Assembly (NCBI GenBank): GCA_963169855.1
Contig: CAUJCN010000002.1
Location: forward strand, 517,608-581,607
Length of the DNA: 64,000 nt
Direction: 5' to 3'
Origin: Patescibacteria group bacterium
GTDB lineage: Bacteria; Patescibacteriota; Dojkabacteria; J137
In this document: positions 55,226-64,000 of the stretch, one piece after another
How positions within the stretch are numbered: the stretch's first letter is position 1
Layout of the letters: each line of letters starts with the position of its first letter
The notes under the pieces: generated by a model
The model's input: only the letters and a program-made list of their open reading frames with translations
Databases searched by the model: none
Told to the model about the DNA's origin: nothing
Made by a program: the position numbers and the translations under genes

Positions 55226-55248
55226 GATACCGCATTTATTGCGGTATC
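55226..55248 (+). terminator. Hairpin GATACCGC-atttatt-GCGGTATC downstream of the GT-C gene
   Basis: 8-bp perfect stem 24 nt after the stop; the following sequence TGCTTGTTGTT is only moderately T-rich. Confidence 0.5.
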
Positions 55249-55317
55249 TGCTTGTTGTTCAACGGAATTTGTAATCAACAACAATGAAACATTGTTTACT
55301 CAGGATTATTATTCTGA

Positions 55318-55641
55318 ATGTACTTCTACATCTACATAATGACCAATAAAAGCAACTCCGTTCTTTATATCGGATACACGTCGGATATTCAAAAAAGAAC
55401 ATCTGAACATAAACAAAATACTTATCCTAATTCTTTCACAAAGAAATACAGAGCTAATAGGCTGGTGTACTTTGAGCTCCACCATTCTCATTCATCTGCC
55501 AAACACCGTGAATTTCTTTTGAAAAGATGGAGAAGAAAGTGGAAGGAAGAGTTAATTGAGAATCTGAACCCTAATTATGAGGATTTAGCTCCAAATGGAA
55601 TCATTCCTGACGAAATTTATTTAAGATATTTAAAACTATGA
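55318..55641 (+). CDS. GIY-YIG nuclease domain protein (107 aa)
   Basis: YIYIMTNKSNSVLYIGYTSDIQKRTSEHKQ is a canonical GIY-YIG N-terminal motif. Confidence 0.8.
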   Translation: MYFYIYIMTNKSNSVLYIGYTSDIQKRTSEHKQNTYPNSFTKKYRANRLVYFELHHSHSSAKHREFLLKRWRRKWKEELIENLNPNYEDLAPNGIIPDEIYLRYLKL

Positions 55642-55662
55642 TTAGTAGTGTCTTGCAAGATA

Positions 55663-55689
55663 CAGATCCCGTATTTAATACGGGATCTG
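55663..55689. terminator. Strong hairpin CAGATCCCGTA-tttaa-TACGGGATCTG between convergent genes
   Basis: 11-bp perfect stem 22 nt after the GIY-YIG stop and 28 nt after the stop of the minus-strand 55717..56148 gene; likely a bidirectional terminator. Confidence 0.6.
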
Positions 55690-55716
55690 ATTAGGAGATA
55701 GCGTTTACTTGAGATT

Positions 55717-56148
55717 CTAAAACCTCACCTCAAAAACCTCATCAGGATTCGCTTTCAGATTAGAATACTTAATGTAAGTTGGCTTAATGATGAAAAGATA
55801 ATCGTCTGGATTATCAATAAATTTCTTTGAAAAAGGAATTTTTTCTAAATGTCTCGCTACATATTTCTCGGATTCTTCTTTTGTAGCCATTCTCGCAATT
55901 CCTTGATACTGAACAGTAACAAAATCTTCGAAACTCCAACCAACAGTTACAGAAACTTTTTGATTAGTTTTTAGATTCTTGAACTTTCTTGTTTGATCCC
56001 AAGTTAAGAAAATGATTTCTAAATCATCACTTTCAGAAAAAGACATTGTTGCAGAATTTGGAAATCCTTCAGCATCAACAGTGGATAGTACACAAAGTTG
56101 ATTCTTTGCTAGAAATGTTTTGATAAGTTCTTTTTGTTCTGGTGTCAT
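55717..56148 (-). CDS. Pyridoxamine 5'-phosphate oxidase-like FMN-binding split-barrel protein
   Basis: LCVLSTVDAEGFPNSATMSF...KVSVTV is typical of the PNPOx-like family. Confidence 0.5.
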   Translation of the reverse strand: MTPEQKELIKTFLAKNQLCVLSTVDAEGFPNSATMSFSESDDLEIIFLTWDQTRKFKNLKTNQKVSVTVGWSFEDFVTVQYQGIARMATKEESEKYVARHLEKIPFSKKFIDNPDDYLFIIKPTYIKYSNLKANPDEVFEVRF

Positions 56149-57635
56149 ACTGTTTTTGGATAAGCTTTTTCAATTAAGTCTTTTTTATCTGCAATCTTTT
56201 CTCGCAGAGGAGATATTAAGGCAATTAATTCTTTCGCAACCGCCGGTTTTAAATCTGCTGAGACCAATCTTTGGTTTTTGAAATCATCCTCAACTTCTTC
56301 ATAATTTGAGTATTCAACATTTCCTCCCCATTTATCGGGTCTTTCTACTAAGAAATTTCTGTTATCTGCTCTGAATTTTCTGAAAAGTATGAATTTCAAA
56401 ATCGATAGCAATCCATTATTATTCACGTCTCCGTCCAACACAAATGCTTTATTAATTTTGTCATTGATGATTTCGTCTGTATCGTCTAAATCAATTTTTG
56501 AGTTTGGCTCAGAGGAACTCATTTTTCCTGACTTTCCTAATCCTGGAATTAAAGTATTCATTAAGTGAACTCGTTTTTTGTATCCGATCTTTGGAAGATA
56601 TTCTCTTGCAAACATAAAGATTTTTCTTTGATCTACGCCTCCAAATTGCGCGTCTACACCAAGATATTGCTCATCGAGTGCTTGTAGAATAGGGTAGAGC
56701 ATACTGCTCATTAATGGACTTTCTACTTGTTTTACAACTTCTGCTCCAGCTTTCTGAACATCTCTAAGTGAGGCCATCGCTGAAACTTTCAATAAATCTA
56801 GTTGATAGTCTTTGTCTAATTGATAAGTTGAACCCTTGATAAATTTAAGTTTTTCGATTGGAACTCCAACAACATTCAAAATCTCTTTGATTATGAATTC
56901 ATAATACTGAACTCGGTATTCAAGCAGTTCCCAGTTTGATTTCATGTTATCTAAATATGCATGAATGTCTGCCAACAAAACTGTAACTTCACAACCAGCT
57001 TCAAGGAAGTCTGCAATTTTCATTAGTGGAACAAAGTATCCAAGATGTGGCTTTCCTGTAGGAGCTGTTCCCCAGTAAATTTTCACACTTCTTTCCGAAA
57101 GAATTGGTGCTAAATCTTCAATTCCAATTGTTTCTGCCAAATCGTTAGTAATTAAATCCATTTTTGCTTGAACCTCAGGCGTCATTTCCACATAACCAGC
57201 TTTCTTGAAAATAATATTCAACTGATCTTCGGTCAAAATATCCAAAATTGATTTTCCAATCATATCTGATTCTGTCAGACCGAGCTTGTCGAGGTCGAGG
57301 ATCATCAATCCTACATGACCTTCACCTAGTCCTATTTCATCTTCTGCTAACAACATTCCTTCAGAATCGTATCCTCTCAGTTTTTTCTTAACCAGAACAA
57401 TGTTTTCGTTATTTGTGAATAAGAAGCCAGGAACTGTAAATCCTGGTGCTAGATAAGGAACAATATCTCCCTGTTTAAAGTTCTGAGCTCCAGTAACAAC
57501 TTGAGCTGTTCCTTCACCAGTATTGATTTGAGTCACATGTAGATGATCAGAATTTTCATTCTTTTTTGATTCAGTAATTTTTACAATTTTGATAGGTCTA
57601 AGAAGATCTAAAATTTCTTGTTTTGATAATGACAT
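56145..57635 (-). CDS. tyrS: Tyrosyl-tRNA synthetase, archaeal/eukaryotic type, with N-terminal EMAPII/Trbp111-like tRNA-binding domain
   Basis: Catalytic core GKPHLGYFVPLMKIADFLEAGCEVTVLLADIHAYLD and KMSSS (as in M. jannaschii TyrRS). N-terminal about 170 aa with OB-fold signature KKKLRGYDSEGMLLAEDE (the K-L-R-G-x-x-S-x-G-M-L motif). Confidence 0.7.
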   Translation of the reverse strand: MSLSKQEILDLLRPIKIVKITESKKNENSDHLHVTQINTGEGTAQVVTGAQNFKQGDIVPYLAPGFTVPGFLFTNNENIVLVKKKLRGYDSEGMLLAEDEIGLGEGHVGLMILDLDKLGLTESDMIGKSILDILTEDQLNIIFKKAGYVEMTPEVQAKMDLITNDLAETIGIEDLAPILSERSVKIYWGTAPTGKPHLGYFVPLMKIADFLEAGCEVTVLLADIHAYLDNMKSNWELLEYRVQYYEFIIKEILNVVGVPIEKLKFIKGSTYQLDKDYQLDLLKVSAMASLRDVQKAGAEVVKQVESPLMSSMLYPILQALDEQYLGVDAQFGGVDQRKIFMFAREYLPKIGYKKRVHLMNTLIPGLGKSGKMSSSEPNSKIDLDDTDEIINDKINKAFVLDGDVNNNGLLSILKFILFRKFRADNRNFLVERPDKWGGNVEYSNYEEVEDDFKNQRLVSADLKPAVAKELIALISPLREKIADKKDLIEKAYPKTV

Positions 57636-57757
57636 TACATTAAGTTAACTCCAGCCATTATATCACTGCAGAAGCTAGGATACATTCATTTAGGAAAAGC
57701 TCGTTCCAGAGACAAATCACAAAAGGAAATTCACATCTTATGATATAATAAGTATAT

Positions 57758-58435
57758 ATGAATGAACAGTTACAAGATTTAACAGCAAGTGTTTTAGGAG
57801 AGCAGTTAGAACGATTCATTGAAAATCTAATACTGTCAGGTCGACTAGAAGTAGAAATTGATGAATATACTTGCGATACCTACCTAGATACATTCGATAC
57901 CGCGGATGATTGTTACTATGTTTTACATCTGGGAACCTTACGTCTTGCAAACCGAGCTGTCAAAAGACTTCTATTTAAAGGTGAAATCTTCGAAGATGAG
58001 GATTTAATTAAATATCAGTTTCTCCACGAGATAACTCACATTCTTGTAAACGAACTCTCTCGACTTGGAGATGCTAACTTGTTATCTCTGGGACAAATAG
58101 TTACTAATGTTCAAAATTCAAGACCACAAAAATTCTTTACAGGTAAAGCTAGTGCTCGAGCGCAGGATCCAGAAAAATTTCTTTGGATTTTCCGAAGAAA
58201 GCCAAGTATCGAAGCTGCTTTAGACTACACAACAGTCGAAGAGGACGTTGTTGAACTAATTACCATGTTCTTGTATTCGAGAACTATGTTTCAAGATTTC
58301 TTAGATTTTCTCTTTTATCGCGAATATCGGAGGTTTAGAAACGATTTGCATATAGTAGAGCTCTCTGCAGAGGCTACAATCGCATTACACAGCCTCGTGG
58401 AAGCAATTGCAAATAGAATCGAGCAGTTAAGCTAA
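57758..58435 (+). CDS. Hypothetical protein with HExxH motif (possible zinc metallopeptidase-like)
   Basis: QFLHEITHILVNELSRLGD. Confidence 0.35.
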   Translation: MNEQLQDLTASVLGEQLERFIENLILSGRLEVEIDEYTCDTYLDTFDTADDCYYVLHLGTLRLANRAVKRLLFKGEIFEDEDLIKYQFLHEITHILVNELSRLGDANLLSLGQIVTNVQNSRPQKFFTGKASARAQDPEKFLWIFRRKPSIEAALDYTTVEEDVVELITMFLYSRTMFQDFLDFLFYREYRRFRNDLHIVELSAEATIALHSLVEAIANRIEQLS

Positions 58436-58954
58436 CTACTTAGACACTCTGAGCAATCTATCCCAAAGTGCTAAATGTATCAGTGCAAAAATTAACGCTG
58501 CACAAAGGATTACAGCTTGATGCACACCATCAAAATAGAGGATTAAAGCTAAATTTACCGAATTCATAATTGCAATAAATGCGCTCTGTATGAAGGAAAT
58601 GGAGAATTTCTTTGTTGGAAGTGGAATTGTACTTGTTCTCCAAACAAATGCTTTTTCTAGTGATTTGTCCGATTCAATGTAGTAATCTTTGATTTTGTTC
58701 AGAGCTACAACGCTTTCATACCAAGAAATTCTTGTTTTTATAATGTTTAGGAAAGATGAAAATCCAAACACAATAACCAGAATGAGAATTAGTGCCGAAA
58801 GCTCTTTTTGAGTTGAGAAGATAGTAAAACTACCTACAATAGCTACTATGTTTGCAGTGAAGTATTCAAAAACTCTTGCCCTGTCTTCGTTTGCCTGAAT
58901 TGTAGTTTGAACTATATATTCGTATTCTTTTTCTAAGATTGTGTCTTTGTTCAT
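58436..58954 (-). CDS. Hypothetical membrane protein (172 aa)
   Basis: Four hydrophobic segments. Confidence 0.4.
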   Translation of the reverse strand: MNKDTILEKEYEYIVQTTIQANEDRARVFEYFTANIVAIVGSFTIFSTQKELSALILILVIVFGFSSFLNIIKTRISWYESVVALNKIKDYYIESDKSLEKAFVWRTSTIPLPTKKFSISFIQSAFIAIMNSVNLALILYFDGVHQAVILCAALIFALIHLALWDRLLRVSK

Positions 58955-59450
58955 TTTTTTTCTAAAACAACTCTATAAAATTCTTCATTGTCTCTATTTA
59001 ATTCTCCTCTTGGCATCCTTAAGTATTTTATATCGAAAATATCCCTATATTTCAGAAAATCCTCGAGATCATTTCTTCTTGCAGGGTAAATGTAAAGAAC
59101 TCCTTTGTCGTCTAAAACTCTTATCATTTCGGACATCCATTGGCTGAAAGCTAAATTTCTTTGTTCAACAGACATTCCCTGAAAATAATATGGAACTGAC
59201 CATCCTGCTATAACATGACTGAAGAATCCTTTTGCTTTGCCGCATCTGCAGTCACTAAGTTTCTTGAATCGTAGAAACCTTCTGTATGTCTTGAAACTCT
59301 ATATGAATTTTTTGTTTTAAATGCATCTGATTTTCCTGTACCCAAATCGAGAACATTTCCCTGGAGTTCTGTATAGTCAACTGGCATCCAGCCTAAGGGT
59401 TTATCTGTAAGTGTTCCTCTGAAAGTATCGATTGTTTCTGCACCAGCCAT
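58951..59450 (-). pseudogene. Methyltransferase-like gene split across two reading frames (possible frameshift)
   Basis: ORF 59208..59450 (VLDLGTGKSDAF, motif-I-like) and ORF 58951..59175 lie in different frames. Manual translation shows the downstream frame stays open upstream to about 59220 (…HVIAGWSVPYYFQGMSVEQRN…), overlapping the first ORF. Confidence 0.3.
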
Positions 59451-59501
59451 ACGTAAATTCCTAACTTATGAAATTATATTGAAGAAAGACGATCCCGTCT
59501 A

Positions 59502-60053
59502 TTAGAAGTTTATATACTGCCTTGGTTTAGACCTTATATTAACTAACTCTTGATAAGCGTCTTGAATAAGGCCAATAGTTAAGGCAACTGTTCCTAAAAC
59601 AGCAACGATAGCAACCCATAGTAGAGTAGTTCCCAAAGCAAAATTGATTAGAACTAGAACAACAGAAACCCACAAAAATGCTAACCAAACAGCTGCTTTA
59701 TGATAAATTTCGTATGTATCTCTGATTAGATTTAAAAGATTCAAATCTGCCAATTTTGTAATAAATTTTGGTGAAAGATGAGAATCATGAAAGAAAATCG
59801 CTCTAGCCAACTGGATAGAGAAGCCTAAAGCAATTATTAGAAACATTATTAAGTCTGAGTATGTGGAGATTATTACTGAATGCTCCTGAGTAACTGTTAA
59901 AGTACCGTTTAACACGCTTGATGTGTATTCGCTTACTGTGTAAGGTAAATTGAAGATTGAAATCGTAATAGCTATGCCAATAAATTTAGCAAAAATTGTT
60001 AAAGCGGACGGAAAAAGTGAATTTTCTAAAATGGTTATTAAAGATTTTTGCAT
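59502..60053 (-). CDS. Hypothetical membrane protein (183 aa)
   Basis: Four or five hydrophobic segments. Confidence 0.4.
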   Translation of the reverse strand: MQKSLITILENSLFPSALTIFAKFIGIAITISIFNLPYTVSEYTSSVLNGTLTVTQEHSVIISTYSDLIMFLIIALGFSIQLARAIFFHDSHLSPKFITKLADLNLLNLIRDTYEIYHKAAVWLAFLWVSVVLVLINFALGTTLLWVAIVAVLGTVALTIGLIQDAYQELVNIRSKPRQYINF

Positions 60054-60317
60054 TTATGCAATTTTATTGACTGCTCTTGCGATTTTTGACTTATATCTAG
60101 AAGCTGCGTTCTTGTGAATCACATTCTTTTTTGCTGCCTTATCAATATCCTGATATGCCTTATCTAGTAATTCTTTTGAGTTCTTTTTGTCAGCAGAAGC
60201 TACAGCTTTTTTCACAGCTTTTTGAGCTGATTTTAAAGCTCTTTTAGTTCTTGTGTTAATAACGTGTCTTCTTTTTGCTACTCTAATTGCTTTTATAGCT
60301 GATTTTGTATTTGCCAT
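60054..60317 (-). CDS. rpsT: Ribosomal protein S20
   Basis: MANTKSAIKAIRVAKRRHVINTRTKRALKSAQKAVKKAV; 87 aa, basic, helical. Confidence 0.8.
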   Translation of the reverse strand: MANTKSAIKAIRVAKRRHVINTRTKRALKSAQKAVKKAVASADKKNSKELLDKAYQDIDKAAKKNVIHKNAASRYKSKIARAVNKIA

Positions 60318-60389
60318 ATATTTCTTTAATTAACGTTCGATTATAGCAACATATTATCCAAATTTAAAGCCCTACAAACGTTATTTAGT

Positions 60390-61142
60390 CTAGTTAATCT
60401 CTGTGAAAGGAATAACAACTTCAGGATTACCTAAAGCTCCTGGTCCAACCTGATATTTTCCAAACACAACTGTAACGCTCGAATCATCGAAAACAAAAGT
60501 TTTGTAGTTTGAGTCATCTGCAGATGCACCGGATTCTATTTGATCATTTAGAGAATCTGAATCCAATTGCTCCTTTAGAGAGTTGATAGAGTAATCAGAA
60601 ATTTGATTTAAATAGTCGCTATTTCCCACAAAAAGATCCGATAATTCCAAGAAATTACCAGTTTCTAAGTCAAAATTTACAGGAATAATGCCAGAGTCAC
60701 CTGTTCCTCCCATTAGATTGACAGAGTAGTTAATTCTTACACTAATTCTATTGTTATCGTTCAAAAGAACGTCGTAATCTGAGTGTCCTACAGATCTTAG
60801 GTTTTCGTCATCACCTTCTTCGATTGAGTCTGTAAAACTAGCGATTGCGTCTTCAACATATGAGTTTAATGTATCTTCAGTTTCTTGATCTGTACATGTA
60901 AATGCTGGATATGAAAAATCATATTCAAACCCAGAAGCTTCTTCCGCAGCATTAGCTGTGTCGATGTCACAAGAAAGAGGAACTTCTGTATTACCCTCTT
61001 CGTTAACAACTCCAGAGTTATCTGAATCTATAACCTGAGATTTATTATTATTTCGATCTATCATTACAGTTACAACCACAATTGCCACAACTAGCAATAC
61101 CGTTAGAACAATTCCAAATAATATTAAAAGAGCTTTCTTCAT
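60390..61142 (-). CDS. Membrane-anchored acidic extracytoplasmic protein, hypothetical
   Basis: N-terminal TM segment LLILFGIVLTVLLVVAIVVVTVMI followed by a D/E/S-rich domain. Confidence 0.4.
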   Translation of the reverse strand: MKKALLILFGIVLTVLLVVAIVVVTVMIDRNNNKSQVIDSDNSGVVNEEGNTEVPLSCDIDTANAAEEASGFEYDFSYPAFTCTDQETEDTLNSYVEDAIASFTDSIEEGDDENLRSVGHSDYDVLLNDNNRISVRINYSVNLMGGTGDSGIIPVNFDLETGNFLELSDLFVGNSDYLNQISDYSINSLKEQLDSDSLNDQIESGASADDSNYKTFVFDDSSVTVVFGKYQVGPGALGNPEVVIPFTEIN

Positions 61143-61200
61143 TTCAAATTTTTAAGAGATAGAATGTATAATAATCTTAACAGTTTTTATTTTTCACGCA

Positions 61201-62010
61201 ATGTTTTTCAAAACTGAAGAAAATATACTTTTTGATTCACACGCACATATAAACTCAAAAGATTACGATTCTGACATCCAGGAAGTAATTTCCAGAGCTG
61301 AGAACGCAGGTGTGTTAAAGGTAATTGATATTGCCGTAGATCTAGATTCTAGTAAAAAAAGTGTAGAATTATCTAAAAGATTCCAAGGAAAAGTATTTTC
61401 AATCGTTGGAATAGACCCTGATATTATTCTTCCAATTTCTGAATTACATAATCCTGATTTAAAAGTGGAAGCAGTGTTCAATGAGCTATCTACCCTGATT
61501 GAATCTAACTCAGAATTCATTATTGGAATTGGGGAGTCTGGAGTGGACAATTACTGGTTGAAACAGTCTGATCTCAGCGTCTCTGAACAAGAAGCATTAA
61601 TTCGAAAGCAAATTGAATTACTTGATGTACATGTAGAATTGGCTAAGAAATTTGACTTGCCACTTTCTATACATTCTAGAGGTTACGAACAAGAGCTAAT
61701 AAGTTATCTAAAAGGCAAAGGAGTTCGTGGAGTTTTTCATTCGTTTACAGGAACTTATGAGACAGCAAAAGATATACTAAATAACGATTTTGGACTAGGA
61801 GTTAATGGTATTATTACATTCAAATCAGCGGAAAGTCTAAGAGAAATTTATCGAAGAGTTCTCGGGAGAAAGATCAATGAACCAATAGATTTATATAGTA
61901 AAAATGTCTATCTAGAAACTGATTCACCTTTTTTGTCTCCAGATAGAGGAGAGCGAAATGAACCTGCAAATATCGCTAAAATTTTTGAATTCATCGTAAA
62001 CAATTTATGA
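61201..62010 (+). CDS. tatD: TatD-family metal-dependent hydrolase (DNase)
   Basis: LFDSHAHIN..., [25 protein letters not shown]. Confidence 0.8.
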   Translation: MFFKTEENILFDSHAHINSKDYDSDIQEVISRAENAGVLKVIDIAVDLDSSKKSVELSKRFQGKVFSIVGIDPDIILPISELHNPDLKVEAVFNELSTLIESNSEFIIGIGESGVDNYWLKQSDLSVSEQEALIRKQIELLDVHVELAKKFDLPLSIHSRGYEQELISYLKGKGVRGVFHSFTGTYETAKDILNNDFGLGVNGIITFKSAESLREIYRRVLGRKINEPIDLYSKNVYLETDSPFLSPDRGERNEPANIAKIFEFIVNNL

Positions 62011-62282
62011 AGACTTTGATAAGTATTTTCCATTTTCTTATTACTCTTCCACGAAGAGTTGCCCTTCTTCTCATAAGAATTTACCAAAAAACACTATCTT
62101 TAGATCATTCGTTTTGGGGGAAAGGATCTGGAATTAGAGTATGTATTCATACACCATCGTGTTCTCAATATACTTACGAAGCTATCGAAAAGTATGGATT
62201 TATTAAAGGTAGTTGGTTAGGATTTTTTAGAGTTTTAAGATGTGCACCATGGGGTAGAAGTGGTTATGATCCAGTTCCTTAA
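62007..62282 (+). CDS. yidD: Membrane protein insertion efficiency factor YidD
   Basis: [46 protein letters not shown]. Confidence 0.8.
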   Translation: MKTLISIFHFLITLPRRVALLLIRIYQKTLSLDHSFWGKGSGIRVCIHTPSCSQYTYEAIEKYGFIKGSWLGFFRVLRCAPWGRSGYDPVP

Positions 62283-63205
62283 TTAGAGTTTTCTTCAAGC
62301 CTTGGATACGGAAGTTTATTGGGAATATCTTCAAAACCATTCCTAAGCTCGGAAACCATGCTCAATGAATCCGGAATTCTATATGTAGTTCGACATAAAG
62401 TTACACCTTCTAAGACATGGTTTGTTAAATTTTTAATTCTCCAGCTCACATTATCGGGGAATTCTAGTGGCCTTGAGTATATGTCGCCAATGGATTGTGC
62501 TTGAAAGTATGACAAAATATCTTTCTGATCACCGATCACATCTCCTAGACTAGGTATTTGACTTAGAGCTACTAGCTCCAAATCTATAAACTGATCTAAT
62601 TCCATAATTTGGTTTGCTGCGAAATCCGTACAACCAGCGAGGAAAACTTTAATACGATTATTTTCATTCATAACTTTTAACCTAGAACGAACTTGAACTC
62701 CAGAGTAAGACAAGTCTTCAATTATTCGTATTGTTCCATCCACTATAGAGTTTTCTTTTACATAAACAATTTTAATCTTTCTTTCTTTAGCAAATTTTTC
62801 TACAAGTCTCATCATGTAATCTCCGCTACTCATAGGATCTGCATAATAGAGTGGCTCTCCAGTATGTGAGTAAAAGTACGCAGTTTCCCCATCTTTCAAA
62901 TCTTCCAGTGATTTTTCAGCAGTTTTAATCATTTCTGAATCAGAAAGAACCATCATATTTTGAACAAGAAATTCAGACAGTTTCTGGATTGCATCCAAGT
63001 TGAGGACGGGATTATCACCTTGTTGAATAAAGTATGTTTGTAGAAAATTTTTTGACTGTTCCCTAATATCTAAATCCAGTGAGAGGTCTTTAGAAGCCGC
63101 CACTACATGCTTAAGATTTCTTAAACACTGTTTTGTAACAACTTCTTCAATTTTTTGAATGTTAACTTCTGGTAGGCTTTCTCCAGGGAGTGGTTCGTAA
63201 ATCAT
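62279..63205 (-). CDS. Hypothetical protein (308 aa)
   Basis: ORF only; convergent 4-bp overlap with yidD. Confidence 0.4.
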   Translation of the reverse strand: MIYEPLPGESLPEVNIQKIEEVVTKQCLRNLKHVVAASKDLSLDLDIREQSKNFLQTYFIQQGDNPVLNLDAIQKLSEFLVQNMMVLSDSEMIKTAEKSLEDLKDGETAYFYSHTGEPLYYADPMSSGDYMMRLVEKFAKERKIKIVYVKENSIVDGTIRIIEDLSYSGVQVRSRLKVMNENNRIKVFLAGCTDFAANQIMELDQFIDLELVALSQIPSLGDVIGDQKDILSYFQAQSIGDIYSRPLEFPDNVSWRIKNLTNHVLEGVTLCRTTYRIPDSLSMVSELRNGFEDIPNKLPYPRLEENSN

Positions 63206-63390
63206 ATTCCTAGTATATAGTACAAATCATTTACTGAAAACTTAGAAATCAAAATCATCCTCTTTGTCACTTCCTTCAAAGCGAGATACTTTTATGCTTT
63301 AATTTCTTCATTAAGAAATAATACATCTTTTTTAACTCGAAAGAAATTAAACACATGCAATTTCAATTACCAGTAAATATTATTCAAGAA

Positions 63391-63500
63391 ATAACCCACA
63401 TAGAATTTAGCAACTTTTCCACAGTAAGATTTTACAAAATTCTTCACAGAAAATAGTTTAACCATGTTTACTAATTATTTTTTCCACCTAAATATCCACA
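63391..63500 (+). promoter_or_regulatory. Cluster of DnaA-box-like 9-mers upstream of dnaN
   Basis: TTTTCCACA (63415-63423), TTTTCCACC (63480-63488) and ATATCCACA (63492-63500), all in the same orientation, each 7-8/9 matches to TTATCCACA, in a 400-bp AT-rich intergenic region. Confidence 0.35.
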
Positions 63501-63606
63501 GGAAAATATCGATGGTTGTCTGCTATAATTCAGTGTAATCGGAAAGTTTTACACAAATACACAGTCCCTATTACTAAAATTAACTACTTATTATAAATAT
63601 ATAGTT

Positions 63607-64000
63607 ATGAAGATAACGTTAAGTCATGAGAAACTCTCGAAAATGCTCATGTATACGAGTAGAGCCGTAAGCACTAAACCAAACATTCCAATTCTTTCAA
63701 ATGTGAAGATGGAAGTGAATAAATCAAACTTAAACCTATCAGCTACAAACTTAGATATGGGGATAAATTTGTGGATACCTGGTGTGGTTGAATCTGAAGG
63801 AAACCTTACTGTATCAGCTAAATTCATTGCAGATTTTGTTGCAGCTTCGAGTGCAGAAAAAGTTGAACTTGAATTAAAAGATAATGTTTTGAATGTAGAA
63901 ACAGAAAAATCTAAAGCGAATTTCAACATTATTCCTGCAGATGAGTTTCCTATAATGCCTGCTATTCCAGAAAAATCATGGTTCAGAATTGATAAAAATG
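63607..64000 (+). CDS. dnaN: DNA polymerase III beta subunit (sliding clamp), 5' part; runs off the window
   Basis: MKITLSHEKLSKMLMYTSRAVSTKPNIPILSNVKMEVNKSNLNLSATNLDMGI matches the DnaN N-domain pattern (…R.TLPIL.N..L….L.L.GTDLE…). Confidence 0.8.
   Translation, partial: MKITLSHEKLSKMLMYTSRAVSTKPNIPILSNVKMEVNKSNLNLSATNLDMGINLWIPGVVESEGNLTVSAKFIADFVAASSAEKVELELKDNVLNVETEKSKANFNIIPADEFPIMPAIPEKSWFRIDKN

Noticed and set aside
57636-57757. T-box leader upstream of tyrS
   Set aside because: No T-box consensus (AATTAGGGTGGNACCGCG) or specifier/antiterminator arrangement is visible; the spacer is only 122 bp and AT-rich.
1-64000. CRISPR arrays, tRNA or rRNA genes, transposases or integrases
   Set aside because: No regularly spaced direct repeats, no cloverleaf-compatible segments with GTTCGA/TTCGAAT T-loop signatures in intergenic DNA, and no ORF with DDE/tyrosine-recombinase motifs were seen. 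The window appears to lack these feature classes.

Overview
Low-GC (about 33-36% GC by eye), gene-dense bacterial window with little non-coding sequence and many 4-8 bp overlaps at gene boundaries. Short ribosomal proteins, archaeal/eukaryotic-type enzymes (TyrRS, class II photolyase) and the density of glycosyltransferases suggest a small-genome uncultivated lineage, possibly CPR/Patescibacteria-like; this lineage call is inference only. Main content in order: (1) valS with an in-frame GNAT acetyltransferase domain inserted into the catalytic core, followed by a NUDIX hydrolase. (2) A roughly 16.5 kb glycan biosynthesis island (7.9-24.4 kb): GalE-like epimerase, Wzm/Wzt-type ABC exporter with C-terminal carbohydrate-binding domain, two methyltransferases, a UDP-glucuronate-epimerase-like SDR, and about 11 GT2/GT4 glycosyltransferases on both strands; immediately downstream is a Thr-rich, C-terminally anchored surface protein. 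(3) A contiguous translation/transcription operon infA-rpmJ-rpsM-rpsK-rpsD-rpoA-rplQ-rplM-rpsI; rpmJ is missing from the ORF track. (4) Housekeeping and repair genes: yraN, recF, NUDIX, a PPIase-less trigger factor, recA with a clear terminator, class II photolyase, AlkA-like glycosylase, tatD, yidD, rpsT, and an archaeal-type tyrS with an N-terminal EMAPII-like tRNA-binding domain; dnaN starts at 63607 and runs off the window. (5) A second ABC-2 exporter (two permeases plus ATPase) followed by a wHTH gene with a perfect palindromic operator, a dual-module GT4 gene translationally coupled to a nucleotidyltransferase, an N-terminally truncated Mur-ligase homolog, a GT-C (PMT/ArnT-like) membrane glycosyltransferase, an ECF sigma/anti-sigma pair, and a GIY-YIG gene bracketed by related hairpins. 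No CRISPR array, rRNA, tRNA, transposase or integrase was recognised. Everything is from reading the sequence and ORF track by eye; no search or folding tool was run.
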